Of a stretch of 64,000 nucleotides of DNA, positions 38,167-49,169 are shown one piece after another. Each line of letters starts with the position of its first letter. Position 1 is the first letter of the stretch. Position numbers and translations under genes: made by a program. The stretch comes from Polyangiaceae bacterium (GTDB taxonomy: Bacteria > Myxococcota_A > Polyangia > Polyangiales > Polyangiaceae): NCBI GenBank assembly GCA_044222475.1, contig JBGANF010000001.1, forward strand, positions 64,001-128,000. The letters run 5' to 3'. The notes below the pieces were generated by a model that had not been told where the DNA came from, did not search any database, and was given only the letters and a program-made list of their open reading frames with translations.

Positions 38167-39894
38167 TCACTTCGTCGCGTGGCGAAACACCACAGTGCGA
38201 CGCTGTGCCACGGGCACCGGCGGCGTCGGCTTGGCGACGAGGGTCACGTGCTCTCCGCCGCGCAACGGGATCACGCGCGCTTCACCGTCCACCGCAAAGG
38301 GCGACCCGTCCGGCGAGTAGCCATGGAACCAGGGCGGCGACGGCCACACGCCGACGACGACGACGGCATCCTCGCCGCTTCGACCGAGGACGTCGACGCC
38401 ATCCGGCCTCTCGTTGATCCCCTCGACGATCGTCGGATCGAAGCCTTGCGCGGACAGTCGGCGCGCGAGGCGCAGGAGCGCGAGCTGAGGAGCGAGAGCT
38501 TCACCGGCGCGATCGGCTCCGATCGACGAGATCGCGCTCATCCAAAACGGGAGCACGCCGTAAGCCACCGCGCCGACCGAGTCGGGTCGCGGCAGATGCC
38601 ACGAGTGCGCCTTCGTCTGAACGCACAGGCTCTCGGGCCAGGCCGCGCTCATCGTGGGCGCGCAGAGGAAGGTCGCTTCGGGTGGCCCCTCGGCGACGTA
38701 CATCGAGCCGTCCTTCGTGGTCACGAGCACGACGCGCGCGTCCGGTGCGGCGGTCGAGAGGAGCGCGCCCCCGGCCACCGACTTGGGCTCGGGGACGAGG
38801 CTCGCGCGGAGAGACTCCTCGGCGAACGCGGCTCGGTCGTCGTCGCGAACCCACACCGCAGCGTCGATGCCGGCCTCGCCGAGCGTCTCGCGAAATCCCA
38901 ACGCGCCGCCAGCGCGCCGGCCCGTGACGGCCGCCACGCGCACGTCACCCGACCCGTCGCGTCGAACCACCGCGCCGACTCCCTTGGCATCGCACGACGC
39001 GATCGCGCGCGCGGGCGGCGGATAGTCCTTCGCCTCCCCGACGATCGCGAGCGTCGCGCCTTCGCCAGCGACGGCGACGAAGCAGCGATCCGGCGCGGGC
39101 GGCACGATCACGAACGGGTAAGGCGCGGCGAGCCCCGGCAGCGGCACGAGCCCGCGCTCCGCGAGGCCGGCGCCGGTCGGGAGCGGCGTGTCTGCGCCCT
39201 TCGGCGCGTGCGGCCCTCGAGCCCACTCGGCGAGCTGGTCGACGTCGCACGCCTCGCTGCCCGCGACGATCGTTCGGTGGTCGGCGAACGCGTACGACAG
39301 CGCGAGGGAGCCTCCCACGTCGTTCGCGGCCACCCGCAGCACGCGCAGGTCGGCGTTGGGGGACGAAGCGAGGATGGTCTCCGCGGTGCACGTGCAGAAG
39401 ATCGCGTCACCGCGAGCGCGCGTCGGCGTCGGTCCCCGCGTCACGTCGTAGTCGACGTCGCCCGCCTCGGGCGCCGTCACGAGCGCGTAGCAAGTCGACT
39501 CGGCGCCATCGATCGAGAGCGTTCGTTGGTCGGCCAGCCCCTCGAGCTCGACGAAGCCCGCGGCGACGAACTTCGCCTCTTTCTCGCGAAAGGCATCGTC
39601 GTGAGCCTTCGCCCGCGACCGCAGGTGAAGCACGACCCCAACGGCGAGCGCGAGCACCACGACGCCAGCGACGCCGAGCGCGATTCGCACGCGACCGCCC
39701 CGCGTCGCCGCCGCAGCCGCACGCAGTCGCTCCTCCTCTTTGCGGGTCTTGGCCTGCTCCGCCTCGCGTTGCGCGCGCACCGCTTCCGGGTGCCGACCGC
39801 CGAGGACCGAGAGCGCACGCTCGACCTCTTCGAGACCGCCGGACTCGTCCGGCGACGGAGGTGCTGGTTTCTTCGGCGCGTCCGCCATCTTCAA
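38167..39894 (-). CDS. Hypothetical single-pass membrane protein
   Basis: Charged N-terminal helix, one TM segment, long C-terminal region; tightly coupled to its neighbours. Confidence 0.6.
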   Translation of the reverse strand: MKMADAPKKPAPPSPDESGGLEEVERALSVLGGRHPEAVRAQREAEQAKTRKEEERLRAAAAATRGGRVRIALGVAGVVVLALAVGVVLHLRSRAKAHDDAFREKEAKFVAAGFVELEGLADQRTLSIDGAESTCYALVTAPEAGDVDYDVTRGPTPTRARGDAIFCTCTAETILASSPNADLRVLRVAANDVGGSLALSYAFADHRTIVAGSEACDVDQLAEWARGPHAPKGADTPLPTGAGLAERGLVPLPGLAAPYPFVIVPPAPDRCFVAVAGEGATLAIVGEAKDYPPPARAIASCDAKGVGAVVRRDGSGDVRVAAVTGRRAGGALGFRETLGEAGIDAAVWVRDDDRAAFAEESLRASLVPEPKSVAGGALLSTAAPDARVVLVTTKDGSMYVAEGPPEATFLCAPTMSAAWPESLCVQTKAHSWHLPRPDSVGAVAYGVLPFWMSAISSIGADRAGEALAPQLALLRLARRLSAQGFDPTIVEGINERPDGVDVLGRSGEDAVVVVGVWPSPPWFHGYSPDGSPFAVDGEARVIPLRGGEHVTLVAKPTPPVPVAQRRTVVFRHATK

Positions 39895-40352
39895 TCGTCG
39901 ACGATCGCGAAGCGGAGCGCGCGCTGCTCACCGCCGCGGTCGAGATCGACCCGGAGCTCGCTCGCGACGACGAGCGTCTCCATCGCTTGTCCCGCGGCCT
40001 CCGGTCGGCCGATGCCGAAGCCGTTGACGGCCGTGACGACGTCCCCCGGCTTGAGGTCGATCGCAGACCACTCCGGGCCGCCTCGCACCTCCAACACACG
40101 GAAGCCGTAGAACTTGCCGGCGGCGAAGATGGGGTGATCGTAGTCGAGGACGACGTTGCGCAGGATGAGCGCAGGCGCCTTGAGCGCCTCCTTCACCTGC
40201 GAGCGCTTGAGCGTGTAGGGAGCGCTCGGGAGCGGTGCGACGGTCGCTGCGGCGGTCGCCTTCGGCGACGTCGTCGGCGCGGGGGACTCGGTCGCACCCG
40301 CGCCGCAGCCGACGAGGAGCGACGCGAGGAGCACGGAGTGGACGGGGCGCAT
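39891..40352 (-). CDS. GspC-like PDZ domain lipoprotein
   Basis: LVGC lipobox, GKFYGFRV, LKPGDVVTAVNG, LDRGGE. Confidence 0.75.
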   Translation of the reverse strand: MRPVHSVLLASLLVGCGAGATESPAPTTSPKATAAATVAPLPSAPYTLKRSQVKEALKAPALILRNVVLDYDHPIFAAGKFYGFRVLEVRGGPEWSAIDLKPGDVVTAVNGFGIGRPEAAGQAMETLVVASELRVDLDRGGEQRALRFAIVDD

Positions 40353-40410
40353 CCATCGAGGTTGCCGGACGGACCCCGGATCGGCAAGTTTTTGCCGCGT
40401 CGCCGCCGTT

Positions 40411-41052
40411 TCAGGCGCCGAAAGCGGCCCGGTAGGCCACGTAGACGGCGGCGGCGACGGCCTCGATCGAGCCGCTCCCGTCCACGAGGGCGACTCGGTC
40501 CTTCGGGAGGTGGCGATTCAGATCCTTGTAGAATGCAGCCAATGCGCGCTGCGTCTCGTTCTGCTCGTAGAGCTGCGCTGCTTCACCGCGCTCCTCGCGC
40601 CGCGTCGCGGCGACCTCCGGTGCGACGTCGAGGACGATGGTGAGATCCGGTCGGCGCGCGTGCGCGTTGAGCGTGCGGATCCACTCCACGGTGACGGTGC
40701 CCCCGCGTCCGCTGGAGACGCTCTGGTATGCGAGGCTCGACGCGTCGTAGCGATCGGAGATGATGACGCCGCCGTTCTGCACGAACGGGATGATCTCGGT
40801 CTCGACGTGGTCCATGCGGTCGGCCGCGAAGAGCAGCGCCATCGTCTGCCAGCCCGGAGCGAGCCCGCCCGCGCCCACGATGCGACCGGTCAGGACCTGG
40901 CGAATCATGGTTCCGATCGGTCCGTCGCTCGGCTCGCGGGTCGTGCGAACGGTGACGCCATCCGCCCGGAGGCGCTTCGCGAGCAGCCCGGTCTGGGTCG
41001 TGGTGCCCGCGCCATCGATGCCTTCGAGTACGACGAAGCGACCCATCTCCAT
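40411..41052 (-). CDS. tmk: Thymidylate kinase
   Basis: FVVLEGIDGAG, TREP, LLFAADR, ISDRY..SSLAYQ, PDLTIVLD. Confidence 0.93.
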   Translation of the reverse strand: MEMGRFVVLEGIDGAGTTTQTGLLAKRLRADGVTVRTTREPSDGPIGTMIRQVLTGRIVGAGGLAPGWQTMALLFAADRMDHVETEIIPFVQNGGVIISDRYDASSLAYQSVSSGRGGTVTVEWIRTLNAHARRPDLTIVLDVAPEVAATRREERGEAAQLYEQNETQRALAAFYKDLNRHLPKDRVALVDGSGSIEAVAAAVYVAYRAAFGA

Positions 41053-41100
41053 GGGAGTCGGAGTACCCGAGAACGGTGGATTGGGGAATGGGTAACGTGG

Positions 41101-41967
41101 TCAGCCGAGGGACGAACCGGCGTCTTCTCCCAGGACGAAATTGTCGATCAAGCGGGTCATCCCGACGCGGCACGCGATCGCACAGAGCGCGCGGTCGGCG
41201 ATGGGGCCCGCGAACGGGTGCAAGGTCTCCGGGTCGACGACGCTGACGTAGTCGATCGTGCTCGCCTCCTTCTCCACCTCCGCGCGCGCAGCCGCCTCGA
41301 GCCGCGACCCATCGCGCTCGCCGGCGTCGAAGGCATCGCGCGCGGCGCGCAGACCCTTCACGAGGCAGAGCGCTCGAGCGCGCTCGCGCGAGTCGAGGTA
41401 CGCGTTGCGCGAGCTCATCGCGAGCCCATCCATCTCGCGCACGATCGGGTGACCGTGGAGCGTGACGGGGAGGAGGAGATCGGTCGCGAGACGACGGAGG
41501 ACGGCGAGCTGTTGGTAGTCCTTCTTCCCGAACACGCAGTGAGCTTCGCCGACCAGCGCGAAGAGCTTGGTGACGATGGTGGCGACCCCCTCGAAGTGCC
41601 CCGGTCGGAACGGACCGCAGAGGGTCTCGGTGAGGTGATCGACGCGCACGCGCGTCCGCTCGCCGGCGGGGTACATGCTCGCGGTCTCGGGGGCGAACAA
41701 GAGCACGCAACCGGCCCCCGCGAGCTTCGCAGCGTCGCCGTCGAGGTCGCGCGGGTAGCGCGAGAAATCTTCCTTGGGTCCGAACTGCGTCGGGTTCACG
41801 AAGATCGAGGCGGCGACGAAATCGGCGTTCTCGGCTGCGGCCCGAACGAGCGCCAGGTGACCGGCGTGCAGCGCGCCCATCGTCGGCACGAAGCCCACGC
41901 GTTTTCCGGCGCGGCGGGCCTCGTCGCACGCGGCTCGAAGCTCCGAGGGGAGAGTGACGATGCGCAC
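41101..41967 (-). CDS. panC: Pantoate-beta-alanine ligase
   Basis: FVPTMGALHAGH, SIFVNPTQF, RPGHF.GV, FGKKDYQQ, GLAMSSRN, RLIDN. Confidence 0.97.
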   Translation of the reverse strand: MRIVTLPSELRAACDEARRAGKRVGFVPTMGALHAGHLALVRAAAENADFVAASIFVNPTQFGPKEDFSRYPRDLDGDAAKLAGAGCVLLFAPETASMYPAGERTRVRVDHLTETLCGPFRPGHFEGVATIVTKLFALVGEAHCVFGKKDYQQLAVLRRLATDLLLPVTLHGHPIVREMDGLAMSSRNAYLDSRERARALCLVKGLRAARDAFDAGERDGSRLEAAARAEVEKEASTIDYVSVVDPETLHPFAGPIADRALCAIACRVGMTRLIDNFVLGEDAGSSLG

Positions 41968-41991
41968 GGCGAGAGGCTAGCATGGACCGTC

Positions 41992-43341
41992 ATGCCGCTT
42001 CACCGCGCCGACGAGGCGCGACCGCTCGAGGGCACGCCCTACGATCTCGTGCGCCTCGTCGGCAAGGGGTCGATGGGCGAGGTCTACGAGGCGGTGCATC
42101 GAACGCTCCGCAAGCGGAGAGCGATCAAGATCCTCGCCGCGCATCTCGTCAACCGACCCGACCTCGCGGAGCGCATGCGCGTCGAGGCCCAGCTGCTCGC
42201 GAGCATCCGCCATCCGAACCTCGTCGAGGTCGTCGACCTCGGCGTGTCGAGCGATGGACGGCTCTACTTCGTGATGGACCTGCTCGAGGGGCACACGTTG
42301 AGGCGCACGATCGAGGCCAACGCTCCGATGCGGCCGGCGCTCGCGCTCGAGCTCATGATCCCGATCCTCGACGGGCTCGCCGCCGCACACGCGGCAGGGG
42401 TGGTTCACCGTGACGTGAAACCGGAGAACGTGTTCGTGCTCGCGGCGACCGGCGACGTGAAGGTGCTCGACTTCGGCGTCGCGAAGGTCGGTCAGACCGC
42501 GGCGACGCTCACGAAGACGTCGTTCACCGCCGGGACCCCGCGGTACATGGCGCCGGAGCAGGTCGATGGGCGACCCTCCGATGCGCGCACGGATCTCTTC
42601 GCGTGCGGGAGCGTGTTGTACGAGCTGCTCACGGGCCGCGGTCCGTTCGATCGGGACGAACGGATGGCGCTCGCGTTCGCGATCATGACCGCGGAGCCCG
42701 CGCCGATGACGTCGGGGCACGTCCTTTCGGAGCGGTTGCGCGCCGCGGTGGCGAAGGCGCTCGCGAAGGACCCGGCGCGGAGGTTCGGGAGCGCGGAGGA
42801 GATGGCGACGGAGCTTCGGGCGTGCTTGGCGGAGGCGGAGGCGGTCGGGCGGATGCCGGTGACGACGGTGGTGATGCCGGCGGCGGTGGTGGCGCCCGTT
42901 TCGGAACCCGTACCCGTCCCCGCCCCCGTACCCGCCCCCGGCAGTGAGCGGAGGGGCGGTGGGATCGTGGTGGCGATCGTGGTGGTGGTCGTGTTGGCGG
43001 TGGGCGGCGGGATCGTGGGGTGGTGGGCTGCGCGACCGGGGAGGTCGACGGGGACGAGTACGAGCACGGGAACGGGAACGGGGACGAGTACGACTACGAA
43101 CACGACTACGAGCACGAGCACGAGCACGGGAACGGGGACGAGTACGGGTACGAGCACGGCCACGAACACGACTACGAGCACGAGCACGAGCACGGGAACG
43201 GGGACGAGTACGAGCACGAGCACGAGTACGAGTACGAGCACGGGGGCGGCGACGGCGCGGCCCAAGGCATCCGCTTCGAGTCCCACTTTGGGACTCGAAG
43301 CGACCGACGCAGGCCCCCGACGCCCCGGCAGCGGCCTGTGA
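41992..43341 (+). CDS. Membrane-anchored Ser/Thr protein kinase
   Basis: GKGSMGEVY, AIK, HRDVKPEN, DFG, GTPRYMAPE; TM segment; Ser/Thr-rich tail. Confidence 0.93.
   Translation: MPLHRADEARPLEGTPYDLVRLVGKGSMGEVYEAVHRTLRKRRAIKILAAHLVNRPDLAERMRVEAQLLASIRHPNLVEVVDLGVSSDGRLYFVMDLLEGHTLRRTIEANAPMRPALALELMIPILDGLAAAHAAGVVHRDVKPENVFVLAATGDVKVLDFGVAKVGQTAATLTKTSFTAGTPRYMAPEQVDGRPSDARTDLFACGSVLYELLTGRGPFDRDERMALAFAIMTAEPAPMTSGHVLSERLRAAVAKALAKDPARRFGSAEEMATELRACLAEAEAVGRMPVTTVVMPAAVVAPVSEPVPVPAPVPAPGSERRGGGIVVAIVVVVVLAVGGGIVGWWAARPGRSTGTSTSTGTGTGTSTTTNTTTSTSTSTGTGTSTGTSTATNTTTSTSTSTGTGTSTSTSTSTSTSTGAATARPKASASSPTLGLEATDAGPRRPGSGL
43048..43245 (+). repeat. ACG-NNN hexamer array encoding Thr-Ser/Thr-Gly linker
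   Basis: acgagc/acggga/acgagt units; identical 51-nt block at 43096-43146 and 43162-43212. Confidence 0.85.
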
Positions 43342-43357
43342 TAGCCTCCCCCGCGGG

Positions 43358-44338
43358 ATGGGACGCACTCGCAACCTGATCGCTCTCGCGATTCTCGTCG
43401 TCGCCTCACGCGCCGCCGCCGACCCCACTCCATCCGAGCTCCAAGCCGCCCGCGATCTGTTCGACAAAGCCGTCGCCGACGAAGATGCCGGGCGCTGGAA
43501 AGACGCTCTCGACAAGATGAAGCGCGCGGGCAGCGTCAAGATGACCCCCGGCATCCGCTTCCACATCGCCCTCGCCGAAGAGAAGTCCGGTCAGCTCGTC
43601 GCCGCACTCGCCGACTACACCGCCGCCGAGCAAGCCGCCAAGGCGGAGAAGAACAAAGAGGTCCTCGACCTCGTCAGCGAACCGCTCAAGTCGCTGCGCG
43701 CGCGGGTGCCGGTGCTCACCATCAACGTCCCCGACGGCGCCGAGGTCGTGCTCGACGGCAAGCCGCTCCCCGTCGGCCTCTTCGGCATCGGCATGCCAGT
43801 GGAGCCCAACCAGGCCCACACCATCGACGCAAAAGCCACCGGCAAGCTTCCCTTCACGACCCAGATCACCCTGAAGGAACGCGAGACGAAGAGCGTCGAC
43901 GTCCACTTCACCGACGCACCCAAAGGCACCGAGCCTCCCCCACCCGACAAGCCTCCTCCCCCGCCCGACAAGCCGCCGCCCCCGCCCGACAAGCCTCCGC
44001 CCGACGCGCCCTCCGATGGCTCGCGCTCTCTCGTCGCTCCGATCACGTTCACCGCGCTCGCCGTGGGAACGCTCGCATTCGGGTTCGCTTCGTTCTTCGT
44101 CGCCGGCGGCAAACAAGACGACCTTCGCGCGGCGTGCCCGACTTCCCTTCCGAGCGCCTGCGACGACCTCAAAGGTCCGGTGCGCACGTGGGACGCGCTG
44201 GCGCTCGGCAGCTTCGTTGCCGCCGGCGCGCTCGCCGTCGTCAGCGTCGTCCTCTGGGCGCAGCCCGGCCCCGGCGGTGGCAAGGTAGCCGTGTCGGCGA
44301 CCCCCGGCGGCGCTTCGCTGCGATGGAGCTTTCGATGA
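43358..44338 (+). CDS. TPR + PEGA-like domain protein
   Basis: ARDLF..A...E.AGRW, IRFHIAL.EEK.G.LV.A, AEVVLDGK, (PPPDK)n linker, C-terminal TMs. Confidence 0.75.
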   Translation: MGRTRNLIALAILVVASRAAADPTPSELQAARDLFDKAVADEDAGRWKDALDKMKRAGSVKMTPGIRFHIALAEEKSGQLVAALADYTAAEQAAKAEKNKEVLDLVSEPLKSLRARVPVLTINVPDGAEVVLDGKPLPVGLFGIGMPVEPNQAHTIDAKATGKLPFTTQITLKERETKSVDVHFTDAPKGTEPPPPDKPPPPPDKPPPPPDKPPPDAPSDGSRSLVAPITFTALAVGTLAFGFASFFVAGGKQDDLRAACPTSLPSACDDLKGPVRTWDALALGSFVAAGALAVVSVVLWAQPGPGGGKVAVSATPGGASLRWSFR

Positions 44339-45405
44339 AGCTCGCTCGCATCGGGCTCGGCGTCGCCCTCGTTGGCGCGTTCGTCGCCTGCGCCGACCTC
44401 TTCCACGACACCGACTCGCCGAACCTCTGCGACGTCGACGCATCCGCTCCCGGGTGCACCACGAGCGACGCCGGCGTCGAGATCTGCGCCACCGACCACG
44501 CCACCGCCGAGAAGCGCGCGCTCCACGCGTGCGCGTGGCTCGCCGCGTGCGAGAACCCCATCGGCAAGAACGCCACCGGCGAGTGCATCGTCGAGGCGCT
44601 CCAAGCCTACGATTGCCAAGCCAACCCGAACCGCCGGCCGAAGCTCGGAGCGAAGACGTTCTGGGTCGAGCTCGCCAACGTCAAGAGCTGCGCCGACGTC
44701 GACAAGGCCGTGTTGCCCAAGGGCGTCGGCAACTGCGGCGGCGCCGGCTACATCGGCTGCAGCCAGGGTGGCGGCAACGAGACCTCGCGGCTGCAATGCG
44801 CCGCCAACGGGCAGCGATACTTCGGCGAAAATTGCATTCTACAAGGAAAGACCTGCGACTCGCTCCCGCAGGCCGGCGACGGCGGCGGCAACAACGCGGC
44901 GCTCTGTCTCGGCGACAAGCGACGCGCATGCACGCAGAGCGGATGCAACGGCGCCCACCTCGCGGCCTGCGACGACGCGGGGCTCGATCGCGGAATGGAC
45001 TGCTCTCTCTTCGGAACCGGGAAGTGCATCGCCACCGGTGCTCAACCGGGCTGCGAGCCCGAGGGAGCGATCACCTGCCAGGGCAAAGCGGACATCACGT
45101 GCACCTCGGGCGGCGTCGCCGAGTCCTGTCAGACCGGTGCAAAAGAAGCTGTAGACTGCACGTACATCAGCGGGCCCGCGCCCGACAACTGCATCTCGAT
45201 CCCGAACGCTCCTCTCGGCACGCCGGCCGCGGCCGCCTGTCGTCGAAGCGCGGGGTGCAGCGTCGACACCTGCAGCGCCGGCAAGCTCGTCGCGTGCGTC
45301 GCCGGGCGAAGCGTCACGATCGACTGCAGCGGCGACGGCTTGAAGCCGTGCAACGACGCGCTGAACACGCTCGAAGGCACGCGCGCCGCCTGCACGAGAC
45401 CCTGA
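44335..45405 (+). CDS. Cys-rich lipoprotein
   Basis: FVAC lipobox, many cysteines; ATGA overlap with the previous gene. Confidence 0.7.
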   Translation: MKLARIGLGVALVGAFVACADLFHDTDSPNLCDVDASAPGCTTSDAGVEICATDHATAEKRALHACAWLAACENPIGKNATGECIVEALQAYDCQANPNRRPKLGAKTFWVELANVKSCADVDKAVLPKGVGNCGGAGYIGCSQGGGNETSRLQCAANGQRYFGENCILQGKTCDSLPQAGDGGGNNAALCLGDKRRACTQSGCNGAHLAACDDAGLDRGMDCSLFGTGKCIATGAQPGCEPEGAITCQGKADITCTSGGVAESCQTGAKEAVDCTYISGPAPDNCISIPNAPLGTPAAAACRRSAGCSVDTCSAGKLVACVAGRSVTIDCSGDGLKPCNDALNTLEGTRAACTRP

Positions 45406-45455
45406 TTCGACGAATCGGTGTTTTGGGTTCCCAAAACTGGGAGGTGAACGGCGAT

Positions 45456-46667
45456 TCAGCGACCGAGCGACTGCTCGAGCTGCGCCTTCGCGAGCGCGTC
45501 GGCAGCGCTGGCGCTGTCGATGTCCGAGCCCTTCGACGCCGGCTTCGGGGCGGCCACGGCCGGCTTCGGCGCGGCGACGACCGGCTTCGGCGCGGCAGCG
45601 ACGACCGGCGGCTTCGGCGCAGCGGCGACGACCGGCGGCTTCGGCGCAGCGGCGACGACCGGCGGTGCGGCCGGCTTCACGTCGGCAACCTTCGTGTCGG
45701 CGACGACGGCGGGCGCCGCCGCGACCTTGGTGTCCGCGGCCTTCGCCGTCGGCGTGACGTCGGCGGCGCACGAGGCGGCCGGCGTGAGCGCAGCCGACAC
45801 GGCCTGCGCCGTGGTCTGCGCGCCGATGGTCTGCGTGTTCTGGGTGTTCTGGACCGGGGCCGTGTGAACCGGGGCCGCCGCGACGGTCGCGCCGACGTTC
45901 TGCGGCGGCGTGGCGACGATCTGCGGGCCTTGCGACGGATCGATGAGCGCCGCGGACGCGGTGACGAAGGAGTCGCTGCCGCCACGCGCGACGAGCGCCG
46001 CCGCGAGGCCGGTGAAGACGCCGACGGCGACGAGCGCCGCAGCCCACACCGCGGTCGGACGACCGGGGTTCAACTTCGTGCTCGACGTGACCTGCTGCGA
46101 CTGCGACGCGCTCGCGCCGACGGTCATCGACATGTCGATCGCGGCGGCCGAGCGCGGCTCCTCCATGCGGAGGGACGAGACCGGCGGCGGCGGAACGTCC
46201 GAGCGGATGCGGCCCGAGCTCTCGTCGAGCATGCGGCGGGCCGACGGCGAGCTCATCGACAGAACGGAGCGCGAGGAGTTCGGGTGGATGCGCGTCGCCT
46301 CCTCGTCCGAGAAGCTCTCACGCGGCGGGATGACCGACGGCTCGTCGAACGTCGGCATCTTCGGCGAACGAAGGTCCAGCGTGCGGCGGGGCGCCTTCTC
46401 GGCGACCATCAGGGTGCGCTCGTTGTCGTCCGACGGGGGGCGGAACGAGATCGGGGGGCGGGTGCTGGGGCGGGGCGGCGGAGCGCTCGGCGAGGGGAGC
46501 GAACGGCTCGACATCGGAGCCGGCGAACGGCTCGAGGAGTAGCGGGGGGCGGCGCCAGCGGCCGGGCGAACGCTCGGCGGGCGGACCGGCGGAAGCTGAA
46601 CCGGCTCCACCTCGTCCGTCTGAATCTCGATCTCGCTGTTGTTGCGTCGCTTGTTGAAAGGGAGCAC
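45456..46667 (-). CDS. Hypothetical low-complexity single-pass membrane protein
   Basis: GTG after AGGAGG; Pro/Ser-rich N-terminus, TM segment, AAAPKPPVV repeats. Confidence 0.65.
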   Translation of the reverse strand: MLPFNKRRNNSEIEIQTDEVEPVQLPPVRPPSVRPAAGAAPRYSSSRSPAPMSSRSLPSPSAPPPRPSTRPPISFRPPSDDNERTLMVAEKAPRRTLDLRSPKMPTFDEPSVIPPRESFSDEEATRIHPNSSRSVLSMSSPSARRMLDESSGRIRSDVPPPPVSSLRMEEPRSAAAIDMSMTVGASASQSQQVTSSTKLNPGRPTAVWAAALVAVGVFTGLAAALVARGGSDSFVTASAALIDPSQGPQIVATPPQNVGATVAAAPVHTAPVQNTQNTQTIGAQTTAQAVSAALTPAASCAADVTPTAKAADTKVAAAPAVVADTKVADVKPAAPPVVAAAPKPPVVAAAPKPPVVAAAPKPVVAAPKPAVAAPKPASKGSDIDSASAADALAKAQLEQSLGR

Positions 46668-46695
46668 GTCAGCCTCCTGTTCCGCCCACCTTCAT

Positions 46696-46711
46696 TGCAC
46701 ATCGCGGTCCA
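46696..46711 (-). promoter_or_regulatory. Putative sigma54 promoter
   Basis: Minus strand TGG-accgcgatgt-GCA (GG-N10-GC) about 30 nt upstream of the start codon. Confidence 0.5.
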
Positions 46712-47000
46712 TCGCCCACGGCGACGTACCTGAACGCAAAGGGCCCATTTCACCGAGAATATTCGGGTGCGACAAGGTCGCAGGATCCCGCACTACCCGC
46801 GGTCATTCGCGAATGTTGGGGGTCCAGTGATCCACCCCACCCCGAGATTTCGCGGTAATGTAGGCCAGTGTGGGCACGACCGCCCAAGGCCCCCTCGCGA
46901 CCAGTCGCGGCCCCTTTTCGGAGAACGAATCATCTGGCCCCAGCGTAGGAAGGATCAGGACTAGAATCGTGGTTACCAAGTCCGTGGAGGCGATGCATTC

Positions 47001-49052
<2,052 letters not shown>

Positions 49053-49169
49053 TCGCTGTACCCTCGCGCGCAGCCTCGACCCGCTTCATCTGGCGGGCCC
49101 GCGGCTCGGGGCGAATGAACACGCGCCGCGCGCCACGTCAGGTGGTTCCGCGGCGCAGGGCAGGAGATC

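Noticed and set aside
37090..40110. Very long antisense and alternate-frame ORFs (also 58236-61421, 17870-19858, 44454-46733)
   Set aside because: These are Arg/Ala-rich shadows of real genes, expected at high GC3, and carry no family motifs.
45402..45437. Two short palindromes between convergent genes
   Set aside because: Stems of 7-8 bp fit an ordinary terminator; no other copies were seen.
46729..46745. Second LexA box (cctgaac half-site)
   Set aside because: Only the GTTCAGG half matches and the flanking genes are not repair genes.
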